Virus record (IMG/VR): IMGVR_UViG_3300022562_001814
Span: 96,001-160,000 of that record
Source: a virus
DNA: 64,000 bases
Reading direction: 5' to 3' (one strand)
Position numbers and translations under genes: made by a program. Of the stretch, positions 20,816 through 31,889 are shown piece by piece. How positions within the stretch are numbered: the stretch's first letter is position 1; each line of letters begins with the position of its first letter. The notes under the pieces are model-generated. The model was not told the DNA's origin. It did no database searches and saw only the letters and a list, made by a program, of their open reading frames with translations.

Positions 20816-23800
20816 ATGGTAGTTATTAGATCAGCCGACGAAATTATATTAAATATGATTGAATTGCTAAAAGCAATCAGACCATCAGCTGATAGCAAAC
20901 CAGGCACTGTAATAAGAGATTTATTTATAGAATTACCTGCCTCCCAATTGAGTTTATTATATGATACAGTTGCAGATGTATCTGATTTACAATCATTAAG
21001 ATTAGTTTCTGGATCTGATTTAGATAATTTGCTTTCTAATTATGGATTATCAAGAAAATCGGCTAGTAAATCGTCAGGATTGGCTTTATTCACATTTAGC
21101 TCTATTCCTGCTTCAATTGCCATTAATAAGGGGGATTTTATATATTCTTCTGGCGGTGACTCATTTGCTGTTGCAAATGGTATAAGTGTTATTCCATCAA
21201 ATAGCAATTTATATCGTTCAATTGCCACTAAATATAAAAATGATTTAGATTTTTTGGGTATTTCTGACCAATTTGCAGTTGAAGTCACGGTTCAAGCTAC
21301 TACTCCAGGTACTGCGGGCAATATATCTAAATATTCTATTAATAGTACTTCAACCCCAGGTGTTTCTAATGCTACTAATGTATTTGCTTTTTCTGGAGGA
21401 ACAGATCAAGAAGATGACGCTTCATTTAGAAATCGTGGATTAGCCATTTTTAGTGGTTCAAGTACTGGAACATCTTTGGGTTATCGTAATGCGGCATTAA
21501 CAGATAGCAATGTCATAGACGTGCTGGTTGTAGAACCAGGTAATCCTTTAATGACAAGAGATGGTACTGTAGTTGTAAAAAATGATGATGGTACATTTAC
21601 TATTATCTCTGAAGGTACAGGAAATAAAGTAGATATTATTATTTTAGGCACTAATTTATCTGAATATACAGATAGTTTTATTTATCAAGACAAAAGTAAT
21701 AATAATGATCCAACAGATGACAAAAATATTTATGTATTGGGACAAATTTCTGGAGATGAAAATAAAACTATTAATCGTCGTCGAATAGATAATATTGCTA
21801 ATGGTGTTTTACCGGCGCAACCAGTTGAAGAAATATTAGAAGTTACAGGTTCATTAAGTGGTTCAAATTTCGTTGAAAAAAATGTAGATAGTCTTGGTAG
21901 AATTACTGGAAATTATGAATTAATTAAAGATACCGGCAATGTATCAGGCAGCCCCTTCGGGTTTGATAAATTTCACTGGATAAATGATCGTGTTGAATTA
22001 TTTGAAGAAGATCGCGTTAAATCAAGATTCAATGGACAAGATAATTTAACTTTTACAGATGTCATTCAAATTCCTCAAATTCAACAAAATATTTCTATTA
22101 CTAATGAAAATAGCTTAGTATCTTCAGGAGATAAGTCCATTATTCAATTATTACATACTCCTTCAACCAATGTAACAAGAGTATTTAATGTTAATACTGG
22201 AGAACGTTATATCGTTACAGATCAAAGCGTTGATGGAGACGATTCTATTAATACTACTGGAAGAATAAGGATTACAGGTAATACTTTGCCGTCTGTAAGT
22301 GATGTTTTACAAGTAGATTATACGTGGGTCGTTGATTTCGATCCGTTCGTTGACTACGATGGTAAAATTATTAACAGTAATCCCCGTATATCGGATGATA
22401 GTATTGATTGGGGATTATCTAATGCTATTAGAAATGAATCAGCACTTTTTACTATTAGTGATGATGGCGCTTTCTATAGTGGAAATGTAAAACACCCTGT
22501 AGGTGTTATTTTAAGTGCAGAAAAATTTCAACAAGCCGATTCTTTTATTACTGAAGTATCAACGGGAAATTTTATTGGTAGATTATCTGTAATTATAGAA
22601 GAATTATTAGAACCTGTAGATACTGTAAGTGCTATTATTTTACAAAACTCCACTTTAGGTGTTTTTAATACCACTGATGCTGATAGTATTATTACAAATG
22701 AACGCGTTATTGTAGGATCTGAAATTAAATATAATTGTACAATAATTTTACCTTCTGATACTCCGGCAACTGAAGGTGCTGCTGTAACTGTATATTTTAA
22801 TCAATCAGATGTTTTTACAGTAAGCGGTTCTGCAGGAAATTTTACAGCAAATCAAATTACTATTCCTTCAACTAATGTCGACGTTGTAAATGATACTGTT
22901 ATTTTGCGTGTTACCTATTTGGCAAATATTCAAGAAGCTTTAACTGCAAGCATAACTAATTTGCCACTTAGTAGAGTTGGAAATAGTTTTAATAATAATA
23001 GTACTACCGGATTTACAAATAATTCTGTATCTAATATCATTAGAAGAGAAAATCAAACAATTCAATTAAGTGATGCTAATGATTTAATAGTTACATTAAA
23101 TATTAATGCTTCTGATTTTGAATTTGCTTCCGATAAGGTATTACTAGTTGTTAATTTGACAGATAAACAAGAAATTTGGAATCAAGATAATATAGGAACA
23201 GTTAGTGTAGATGATGATAACTATTATGTATTAACATTTACTGGATATAACACGCCAACTGTTGGAGATAATGTTGGTATTTTTTATACAGCCGATGATA
23301 TTAAACGGACACAGCCATTTACATTTGATAATTCTCTTATCAACAAAAGTGTTCAAACATTACAATATGATTCGATTAATGATCAATTGTTTATTGACAT
23401 TCATTCTTTTATAGATGATTCTGTCAGTTTTTCAATTATAGACCCAACTAATGACGTAACCATTGTTGCAAGTACTGGTACGCTTACGGCGAGCACTGCT
23501 GATGCAACATTATCCAGCGGGTTTGTAGTATTTGGTGCTTTAGATGAAGTATTACTTAAAAAGGTAAAAATAGAAAATTCTATTTACCCTAATAATAATG
23601 GAATTTATGATATTGTTTCTATTAATACTATTAGCAATACTATAACTTTTACAAATGAACTCGGGAATATTAATTCTAATCAAATTAGTATAGTAAGGTT
23701 ATTAGATAATAAAGAATTATGGACAGATAACGGTGAAATCGATTTAACTGATAATAAATTAATATTACCTTCAACTGCTAATGCAAATGAAAATGACGAT

Positions 23801-24883
23801 GTTGTTGTATTACTTTTTGTTTCTAATAATTTAAGACAGGCACCATCTAAATTAGCAATAACTGTTGCTGATCAAATTAATAATACTGGCATAATTACAA
23901 TTTCTGGCACCAGTATGACTAAAATTAAAGAAATAATTTTTACTGCTACTAATACCGGATTTAAACAAACTATTGCTGAAGCTGTTAGAAAAACATTAGG
24001 TCTAGCATCTGCTTCTAGCATTCCTTCAACTGTTAAATTAGCCAGAATAACAAAATTAGAAAAAGTTACTACTACAACTGGAGGCGAAGTTTTATCTTCA
24101 GATGTAACTTATGATATTTTAGGATCTTCCATCAAAAATAATATTTATTATGCTAATGAAATGATAGATAATGATACTTTATCTAATTTAGAATTTATTT
24201 TACCCAACACTACTAATAATTTAACAAATAGCCCCAAAATAGGAGATCAGTTTAGGATTACTTGTTATTTTACTACAGATCTAGATAGTGAGAGCTTGTC
24301 CTTCACACGTAATGGCACTTTATATACAAATAAACTATTTACTTTAATAGATAAGATGTTTGTTTCAAGTGGATTCAATTCGACATCTGTAAGATTTATA
24401 GTGTCTTATTTTAATCAACCTGCTACTGGAAGTCGTTATAAAGCTTTCTATGATTATACGGCACCAAAACAAAATGAAAGAATTACTATTAAATTTAATT
24501 ATAATAAATTAATTTCTGATACAACATTTACTATAGAAGAAGCTCGACCAATTAATGCGGACGTGCTTGTAAAAGCTGCTCAACAGCTATTGGTAGATAT
24601 CACTATGTATATAGTAATAGATTCAAATTATACTGATTCATCAGATACTGTATTACAAAATCTAAAAGATCGGTTAACTACAGCTATTAATACTAATAAA
24701 TTAGGTGATATTTTAGATGCTTCTGATTTAGTAACAGTTGCACAAGGTGTAGATGGAGTAGATCGTGCTCGAGTAGTATATTTTAATGAAAATGGTCAAG
24801 TTGGACAAGTATTATCGTTAGTTGCCCAAGAAAATCAATATTTTGTAGCAAATAATGTTTTAGTGGATCAAGAAGTTAGATAA
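20816..24883 (+). CDS. Baseplate J / gp6-like wedge protein with large insertions
   Basis: KPGTVIRDLFIE, DLDNLLSNYGLSRK, VQATTPGTAGN, FSGGTDQEDDASFRNR; C-terminal SDLVTVAQGVDGVDRARV. Confidence 0.85.
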   Translation: MVVIRSADEIILNMIELLKAIRPSADSKPGTVIRDLFIELPASQLSLLYDTVADVSDLQSLRLVSGSDLDNLLSNYGLSRKSASKSSGLALFTFSSIPASIAINKGDFIYSSGGDSFAVANGISVIPSNSNLYRSIATKYKNDLDFLGISDQFAVEVTVQATTPGTAGNISKYSINSTSTPGVSNATNVFAFSGGTDQEDDASFRNRGLAIFSGSSTGTSLGYRNAALTDSNVIDVLVVEPGNPLMTRDGTVVVKNDDGTFTIISEGTGNKVDIIILGTNLSEYTDSFIYQDKSNNNDPTDDKNIYVLGQISGDENKTINRRRIDNIANGVLPAQPVEEILEVTGSLSGSNFVEKNVDSLGRITGNYELIKDTGNVSGSPFGFDKFHWINDRVELFEEDRVKSRFNGQDNLTFTDVIQIPQIQQNISITNENSLVSSGDKSIIQLLHTPSTNVTRVFNVNTGERYIVTDQSVDGDDSINTTGRIRITGNTLPSVSDVLQVDYTWVVDFDPFVDYDGKIINSNPRISDDSIDWGLSNAIRNESALFTISDDGAFYSGNVKHPVGVILSAEKFQQADSFITEVSTGNFIGRLSVIIEELLEPVDTVSAIILQNSTLGVFNTTDADSIITNERVIVGSEIKYNCTIILPSDTPATEGAAVTVYFNQSDVFTVSGSAGNFTANQITIPSTNVDVVNDTVILRVTYLANIQEALTASITNLPLSRVGNSFNNNSTTGFTNNSVSNIIRRENQTIQLSDANDLIVTLNINASDFEFASDKVLLVVNLTDKQEIWNQDNIGTVSVDDDNYYVLTFTGYNTPTVGDNVGIFYTADDIKRTQPFTFDNSLINKSVQTLQYDSINDQLFIDIHSFIDDSVSFSIIDPTNDVTIVASTGTLTASTADATLSSGFVVFGALDEVLLKKVKIENSIYPNNNGIYDIVSINTISNTITFTNELGNINSNQISIVRLLDNKELWTDNGEIDLTDNKLILPSTANANENDDVVVLLFVSNNLRQAPSKLAITVADQINNTGIITISGTSMTKIKEIIFTATNTGFKQTIAEAVRKTLGLASASSIPSTVKLARITKLEKVTTTTGGEVLSSDVTYDILGSSIKNNIYYANEMIDNDTLSNLEFILPNTTNNLTNSPKIGDQFRITCYFTTDLDSESLSFTRNGTLYTNKLFTLIDKMFVSSGFNSTSVRFIVSYFNQPATGSRYKAFYDYTAPKQNERITIKFNYNKLISDTTFTIEEARPINADVLVKAAQQLLVDITMYIVIDSNYTDSSDTVLQNLKDRLTTAINTNKLGDILDASDLVTVAQGVDGVDRARVVYFNENGQVGQVLSLVAQENQYFVANNVLVDQEVR

Positions 24884-24893
24884 TTGGATGTAG

Positions 24894-27800
24894 ATGACAA
24901 ATAATCTTAGAGCTTTATCTATAAATGTTGTAAACAGCGTATCAGTTAAGGTATTATTTACTGATTCTTTAATTACAACTATTAATGCAGATAATATTAC
25001 AATCGTATCACAAACGCCTGGCGTACCATCGCCTCAAGTGTTAAAGGTAAGAGTATTAGATAATATTTTAGAAATTACAACACAACCTTTAACAAGTTTG
25101 GCTGGATACTTTATTACATTTGCATCAACAGATACTACATTATTTAAATCTTTAAATGGGACTTCGATTTTATTCGAAGACGGTATTGCAAATAAATTAT
25201 TTTTCTTAGGACCAGTAGAATCTACAAATCCTGTTAAAGAATATTTTTTAAATTATTTAAGCGAAAATGTATATAATACTGACTCTGGTACTATTTTACA
25301 TGATTATTTAAATATTTTATCTACTTTATTTGTAAAAGCTTTATATGATATTAGACAAGCCAAAAATGACAATTATTTATCTATTACCATCACAGATGAA
25401 AGAAAGACCCGCGGTGAAACGCCTTTTGATCATTTAAATGAAGAAGGGGCTTATGAAATAATTAGGGTTGGTAAGACAGCAACTAATGCTATTTCTAGTT
25501 TAAATTTATCTATTGATGAATTTAATACCGATCCAATTAGTTTATTACAAGCAGATTTTTCTGAAAGCCTTACAATTAATTCGATTGATAGTGAGGGTAT
25601 ATTTAATATTAATAGTTTTATATTAAATTTATCTAAAAATTTTGTTATTAAATTAGAATCCGTTACATTTACATATAGTAATGGACATCTTCCATATTCA
25701 TATGATATTTCAACATATGGTTACCAAATTTTAGACCAAAAATATGATAGTGCATATGCCTTTAAATATCTGTTATTAGAAAATAACCAAATCAAATTAA
25801 GTGATAAAATTTTGGAAGATCCAAATTTCTCCTCTGAAGAAATTTTTCAAGTTCAAGTTTCTTATAAATATAAAGATACTGGGAGAGTAATTGATTTTGA
25901 TACTGTAGAAGTGCATAGCGTTGATTCTTCTGGAAGAGAAGTATTGCCTCCACTATTAAATGTATTTAATTTAAAACACGCTCCAGTTGTTACTAGTGGA
26001 AATAAAATTGGAACTATCGGAGATGTAAGTTTTGTAGATCAAAACACATTACCAATTTTAAATCAACAACATCCAGCATTCACAACAGAACTAAAATTTA
26101 GATTGGATTTCCTTCCCTCATCAATTGGAGAATATTCAATTGATTATGAAACTGGTACTGTATACGTATTTGGAGAATCTTCAGCAAATGATGGTACTGG
26201 TGCTACCCCCCCACTTGCAATATATAATTATCGTCAAGTCTTTAAAGAAGATATTGATTGGGTTGTGGATACAAGCACGAGTGATTTAGTTGCTTTAACA
26301 GCTGGTAGTTTAATTGGTAATGAAGCTGATATTATTTTTAATTTTGAACAAGTGCTTGCACAAGATATTGATTATAAGGCGCAAATTCATATTGAAGTAT
26401 TGGATGAAAGAATTGATAATAATTTATTAGCACTTAATGTATTAAGTGTTCAAAACCCCCCAATCACGAATGTATTTAGAGTGTATAATGAAACTACTGG
26501 AGAAATTTATCCAGTTTCTCGTTGGAATGATAGTAAAGTATTTTTTACATATAATAATCCGCCAAATATAGAAGAATTTTTAGGCGAAAGAGCTTCGTTT
26601 GAAGAAGTTAATAATGAAATTATGTTTGTTAATACCGTACTTGATACGGTTGTACCCACGATTAAAATATTTAAAATCATATTAAATAATAATAATATAA
26701 TTGCTCAATCTGAAGATTGTATTGGAGCATCATTTAATACAAGTGTTTCTTTGTCTAATAATGAAATATTTACTACAGAATTATATTTTGATGGACTCCA
26801 ATCAGAAACATTAAATTTATCTAGATTAACAACTGTAGGGTATTATTTTATTGATTACCAAAATGGTATCGTATATTTAACTGTTAGTAGCGATCAAGAT
26901 TTTAACATAGGAACTATTTCTTATAAACGTGGATACATAGCAACAAATTATCCTCATATTACAAGTGTAGAAGATATTTATTATCGTATCACTACATTAT
27001 CTGCTAAAAATAAAACTTTCGAATATACTGATTTTGATGATGGGTTTATTTTACCAAAATCTTTTGATTTAGCTGATGAGCAAATTTTATCCCAAGATAC
27101 TAATGTTTCATATATTGTTTCATCAAATAAAATTGGGGCTTTAGTTGATTCTGAATTTGTACACACTGTTACAGATGATATTTTATTTATCAGATCTATA
27201 TATGAAATAGAAGATTTATTAAATAATATTTCCCCTCTTAATTTTACTGAGGCGGCAAGTTTTACAAATCGTTCGATTACAATAACTCCAATAGAAAAAC
27301 AAGAATATCACACAGTAGAATATGATGGTTATGATGGTTATCATTTATATTTAAATACCGGATTACAATACTTATCATCAAATATCACTCTTGATGTTCA
27401 GGTAGTTAGATTAACAGATCAGGCAGATCTGTGGGGAGGTATTGGAACTGTTGTTTTAGGTAATTTAGTAAAACTTATACTACCAGGCATTAATTCTCCG
27501 GCTATTGGTGATTCGGTGTTAGTTACATACAGTTATACTATAAACGATTTATCACATGTGGTTGTTGATTATAATAAAGGAGAATATTATATAGATTATA
27601 CCGCCTTAACTGATGAAATTATAGTTAGTTATGAATACGGTGCTAATGCATTAGATTTTAGAGAATCAAGTGCGTTAAATGCCGGTGATACTTATTATGT
27701 GAGTTATAAAGTTGGAGCACTTCGAGATGCATTGCTTAAAAATTTTGGAAGTTTAATAGATATTGATATTTTAAATGTATTTGATGTTACTTTCTCTAGA

Positions 27801-30800
27801 GAAAGATATCGAGATGCTATTACAGCTGCTATGCATTCTTTTTCAAAAGGACCCACTGTTGCTGCGATAGAAAATATCGGATCTATTATATCTCATTTAC
27901 CAGCAGAAGTAAACGAATCGGTATTTGAAAATTGGTCGCTGGGCGAAAGTTTACTAAATCCACGCAAATTTAATTTAACAGGTAATTTTGATTTAGAAGT
28001 AACAAAATATAATGAAGGTATACTTATTGATCAAAAAGATCAGTCTATTAGTTTACCAGCCATATCTAATTTAAAATTGGATGAAGGTACGTTTGAAACG
28101 TGGATTAGGCCGCACTGGGACGGATTAGATAATCTTGCAGAATTAAAAATTGTTCCACTAAAGGACGGGTATTTAATATCTGAATTGGAAATTTTTATTG
28201 GAGCATTAGAATATCATCCAACTTATGAAACCGATTTAGATACTGGAGAACAATTCTTTACGTTAGATAAATTCAAGCAGGTCGGAGGTATCCCGAATAA
28301 AAATAAAGATGGTGTATATTTTTATTATGATCGAGATCCAGTTGGTAATTTCAATAGATGGTTTGTTGAAATTATAGACGGATATGCTAATGACGGATAT
28401 GTTATAGATGGTTATGTAAGTAAAAAATATAGTTTAACACTACATACTAATGGTAGGTTTTATGATATTAAATCAACTACAGACCTTCAACCAAGTACGA
28501 CCAAAATTACAAGTGGTACCAACAAATTATCTTTTGTAGTTAATTCTGTATTTCCTAATGAAGGAATTACTTTTGTGGCTGATTTGCCGCATTATATAAT
28601 AGATTATGCGGAAGAAGAAAATAAAAATAGATTTTCTATTTTTAAAGATGAGTCTGGTTATTTAAATTTTAAAATTTTTGATAAATTTAAAACTAGTTAT
28701 ACTATAAGTGCCAATGTATCTGATTGGATACATGATGAATTACATCATGTGGCGGCTTCTTGGAAACTGAATACAAAAATGGGTAGAGATGAATTGCATC
28801 TATTTATAGATGGGTTCGAGGTTCCAAATATTATAAGATATGGAGATCGTATTAAGCCATATTTACATGAAAAATTTAGAACAATTAATCCAGAAGAAGT
28901 TGTTGGAGCTATTACTAGTAATATTGTTTCATCTAATGATTTAACAACTATAGTTGGTTCCACACAAGTTATATCTTCTCTTAATTTCAGCGCGTACGGT
29001 ATCGTTATTGGGGATATTATTTATATAGAAGAGCCAGGATTTGATGAAAATGGATATTTAATTACTTTCGTAAATGGTAATACTTTAACTTTAGATACGG
29101 TTATGCCAGTAACTATTACTGATGGGACATTTTCCGTTAATAAAACCGCATTTGATGTATCTACTGAAATAGATGTATTTCCGAATTTCACGGTTTCTTT
29201 ACTACATTCATTTTTTAATTATAATGATTTAGAAACTGTAATTGGATCTAATATAGTAACTAGTTCTACAGTTGACTTTGTAGCAAATAATGTTGTTCCT
29301 GGAGATTTAATTCGTATTAATGATTCATCATTTGAAAAACATTATATAATTTTAGATGTAAACCCAAATTCATTAATTTTAAATGATGATATGCCGAACA
29401 GTTTGTCCGGGTTGTCATATAATATTTATCATAATGAAGAAGAAGAAATTCCCGGATTGCGTGCCCTTTATCCTTCATATGAGTTATCTAAATCCACTGA
29501 TGGATATTTTACAAATATACTTACTATTAGAAATGATGCACTTATAGATGATTTGGTACTAATTAGAACCTTGGGAATCAACCATAGAAAAGTAAAAAGA
29601 CGTTATTATGTTTGGGGTAATCAAAGCAATATTCTTAAAACAAAATTACCAACTCCAATTTCACTAGATGAAGTAAAAATTAATAAAATATTAATACCCA
29701 CAACATTTATTGGTCCGAGTAATTCTACTTTAATGGGTGGAATATTTACTTCTAATAATATTTTATCTGATTTAACTTCTAATGGTGTAAGCGGAAGGAC
29801 TTTATCAGTATCAATTCAGGGAGATAATATTGATTTTACCACCTCAACGACTGTTGATATAAATGGTGTTGTTGTTGATACTGCAGGAGTCCCTTCTGTT
29901 ATTACAGAAACGCTTACGTTTACGGAACGTGGGATACAAGATACATTAAATTTATTTGCTCAAGTCAATTATGTAATCGTGACTTGTAAGCCAATTAAAA
30001 CAACATCTAATGCAGCTGTTCTAGAAATTAAAGAAAAATATCCCATTACCAAAGCAGAAAATGTAGACTGGTTTGTTATTTCATCAAGTAATATACCACA
30101 AGCGATCGTACGATACAGTTATCAGGTAGGTGTAGGCAATAGTTTATATAGTGATGGTTATCAATTAGGTGATGGATATTCTGTAACAGATGATAATAAT
30201 TTTTTCTCTAGCAGTGTTGTTGGGGATTATTTGATTATTCATAATCCTCTATCAGTGGCTGGATTTTATAAAATTATTGACGTGTCTGATGATCATACAA
30301 CTTTAACATTAGATCCTAATACTACTGGAAGTTTACCACTAACATCTTTTACAGATGGGTATTATGAAATTTTAAATACAATTGATTTTAGAAGCGGACT
30401 ACAGAATGGATATTTTACTTTTGAATATCTTGCGCTTCCCGGTGAACCATATTTCTTAACCGAAGGTTTATATGAGTTAGATTATTATACCTATTTATCA
30501 ATTCCTTTTGATTTGCGTCCTGATGATATGTACATTGGTAGTAATTTTAATGGTAAATTACAATTAAATGGTGTAATAGATGAATTACAAATTTTAAATA
30601 TTAAGCTTACTGATACGAGAGTTGGGGAAACTGCGGCTAAAAGCCAACGTACTATTACTAAAGAATTTAATTCATTGAAAGCATCGGAAACGGACGCAAA
30701 TTCATTAGTATTATCACATTTTGATACTGTTCCACCAATTAATGAAGCTGATGTTTATCGATATGCCGATCAAAATATCATTCAATCTGGTGAAGTAATT

Positions 30801-31877
30801 AATGATAATTTTACTCAAAGCATTTGTTTAATTGATAATCCGCTTGTAATAGATAATGACGGAATTTTAGATGTTAAAAAACAAGCTACTATAGAATTTT
30901 GGGTTAATCCAATTTTTGATACAAATAACGATCCCAATTATAGATTTTATTTTGATGCCTTCGGTGAGGTATCAGAGCATTTGGTAAGCACTAACAATGT
31001 TACTATTGATTTAAAGGGAACTGCATCTGAAGTGTTAGGTGTACGTTTAGAAGTAGATGGGCAAAATATTGATTATTTTGCGGGAGGAGAACTTATAAAT
31101 AACGGGTCTACTATTTTGTTACACAAAGCATTGCCAAATCAAAATACCAATGTTATTGTATCATATATACCCAAGGGTCTAAAAGGTGATAGAATTTCTA
31201 TATTTAAAGATCCTTATGGATATATGAACTTTAATATAAGAGCTAATGAGGTTGACTATCAAGTTAGGTCTCCAATATTCTGGGTTAGAAATACTTGGCA
31301 TCGTGTTAAAGTTAGTTATAAAATCAATGGTGGTACGACCGCAGATGAACTTCATCTATTTTTGGATGGATATGAACGAGGTAATATATTATTTGGTAGT
31401 GATTTATTGTTTGGTCAGGGATTGATATACGGCTCTTCATTTGCGGGCCCAAATCAAGTTAAATATAATATTAAATTTACAGATGCTATTAATCAATTTT
31501 TTATCGGTTCAGATTATAATCGTGGTAATTCAGCTTATTGTTTGATAGATAACTTAAGAATTAGTAATATTTCTAGACCATTATATCAACCTTTTGGTGA
31601 ACCATTAGATCCAAATTATTCTAGTAATACTACAATGATATATCCTATTACCGAAGATCTTAATACAACTTTACTACTTAATTTTGACACATTAATTAGT
31701 AAAAACGAAGATTTTGTTACTCTTAATAATAGAGCTTCTGGATTAGCTGATTTTTCAGTTACTATATCGGATTCATTAGATATAATAGATGATAATAGTA
31801 AAATTAAAGAAGTTTTAGAAACATTAATTAAATCTTTTAAACCGGCAAATTCAAGGTGTTATATAATATATAATTAG
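24894..31877 (+). CDS. Giant baseplate-associated protein (2327 aa) with two LamG/concanavalin-A-like domains
   Basis: First LamG-like set: GTFETWIRP...HHVAASW...LHLFIDG...GVIDELQI. Second: ATIEFWVNP...WHRVKVSY...LHLFLDG...IDNLRIS. Wedge-like ERYRDAITAAMHSFSKGPT and terminal LIKSFKPANSRCYIIY. Confidence 0.65.
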   Translation: MTNNLRALSINVVNSVSVKVLFTDSLITTINADNITIVSQTPGVPSPQVLKVRVLDNILEITTQPLTSLAGYFITFASTDTTLFKSLNGTSILFEDGIANKLFFLGPVESTNPVKEYFLNYLSENVYNTDSGTILHDYLNILSTLFVKALYDIRQAKNDNYLSITITDERKTRGETPFDHLNEEGAYEIIRVGKTATNAISSLNLSIDEFNTDPISLLQADFSESLTINSIDSEGIFNINSFILNLSKNFVIKLESVTFTYSNGHLPYSYDISTYGYQILDQKYDSAYAFKYLLLENNQIKLSDKILEDPNFSSEEIFQVQVSYKYKDTGRVIDFDTVEVHSVDSSGREVLPPLLNVFNLKHAPVVTSGNKIGTIGDVSFVDQNTLPILNQQHPAFTTELKFRLDFLPSSIGEYSIDYETGTVYVFGESSANDGTGATPPLAIYNYRQVFKEDIDWVVDTSTSDLVALTAGSLIGNEADIIFNFEQVLAQDIDYKAQIHIEVLDERIDNNLLALNVLSVQNPPITNVFRVYNETTGEIYPVSRWNDSKVFFTYNNPPNIEEFLGERASFEEVNNEIMFVNTVLDTVVPTIKIFKIILNNNNIIAQSEDCIGASFNTSVSLSNNEIFTTELYFDGLQSETLNLSRLTTVGYYFIDYQNGIVYLTVSSDQDFNIGTISYKRGYIATNYPHITSVEDIYYRITTLSAKNKTFEYTDFDDGFILPKSFDLADEQILSQDTNVSYIVSSNKIGALVDSEFVHTVTDDILFIRSIYEIEDLLNNISPLNFTEAASFTNRSITITPIEKQEYHTVEYDGYDGYHLYLNTGLQYLSSNITLDVQVVRLTDQADLWGGIGTVVLGNLVKLILPGINSPAIGDSVLVTYSYTINDLSHVVVDYNKGEYYIDYTALTDEIIVSYEYGANALDFRESSALNAGDTYYVSYKVGALRDALLKNFGSLIDIDILNVFDVTFSRERYRDAITAAMHSFSKGPTVAAIENIGSIISHLPAEVNESVFENWSLGESLLNPRKFNLTGNFDLEVTKYNEGILIDQKDQSISLPAISNLKLDEGTFETWIRPHWDGLDNLAELKIVPLKDGYLISELEIFIGALEYHPTYETDLDTGEQFFTLDKFKQVGGIPNKNKDGVYFYYDRDPVGNFNRWFVEIIDGYANDGYVIDGYVSKKYSLTLHTNGRFYDIKSTTDLQPSTTKITSGTNKLSFVVNSVFPNEGITFVADLPHYIIDYAEEENKNRFSIFKDESGYLNFKIFDKFKTSYTISANVSDWIHDELHHVAASWKLNTKMGRDELHLFIDGFEVPNIIRYGDRIKPYLHEKFRTINPEEVVGAITSNIVSSNDLTTIVGSTQVISSLNFSAYGIVIGDIIYIEEPGFDENGYLITFVNGNTLTLDTVMPVTITDGTFSVNKTAFDVSTEIDVFPNFTVSLLHSFFNYNDLETVIGSNIVTSSTVDFVANNVVPGDLIRINDSSFEKHYIILDVNPNSLILNDDMPNSLSGLSYNIYHNEEEEIPGLRALYPSYELSKSTDGYFTNILTIRNDALIDDLVLIRTLGINHRKVKRRYYVWGNQSNILKTKLPTPISLDEVKINKILIPTTFIGPSNSTLMGGIFTSNNILSDLTSNGVSGRTLSVSIQGDNIDFTTSTTVDINGVVVDTAGVPSVITETLTFTERGIQDTLNLFAQVNYVIVTCKPIKTTSNAAVLEIKEKYPITKAENVDWFVISSSNIPQAIVRYSYQVGVGNSLYSDGYQLGDGYSVTDDNNFFSSSVVGDYLIIHNPLSVAGFYKIIDVSDDHTTLTLDPNTTGSLPLTSFTDGYYEILNTIDFRSGLQNGYFTFEYLALPGEPYFLTEGLYELDYYTYLSIPFDLRPDDMYIGSNFNGKLQLNGVIDELQILNIKLTDTRVGETAAKSQRTITKEFNSLKASETDANSLVLSHFDTVPPINEADVYRYADQNIIQSGEVINDNFTQSICLIDNPLVIDNDGILDVKKQATIEFWVNPIFDTNNDPNYRFYFDAFGEVSEHLVSTNNVTIDLKGTASEVLGVRLEVDGQNIDYFAGGELINNGSTILLHKALPNQNTNVIVSYIPKGLKGDRISIFKDPYGYMNFNIRANEVDYQVRSPIFWVRNTWHRVKVSYKINGGTTADELHLFLDGYERGNILFGSDLLFGQGLIYGSSFAGPNQVKYNIKFTDAINQFFIGSDYNRGNSAYCLIDNLRISNISRPLYQPFGEPLDPNYSSNTTMIYPITEDLNTTLLLNFDTLISKNEDFVTLNNRASGLADFSVTISDSLDIIDDNSKIKEVLETLIKSFKPANSRCYIIYN

Positions 31878-31889
31878 AAGGTACGTATA

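Noticed and set aside
27321-27341. DNA-level repeat or CRISPR-like explanation for DGY (tatgatggt x2)
   Set aside because: Only this pair is an exact tandem duplication. Other copies use different codons and are irregularly spaced. No CRISPR array is visible in the window.
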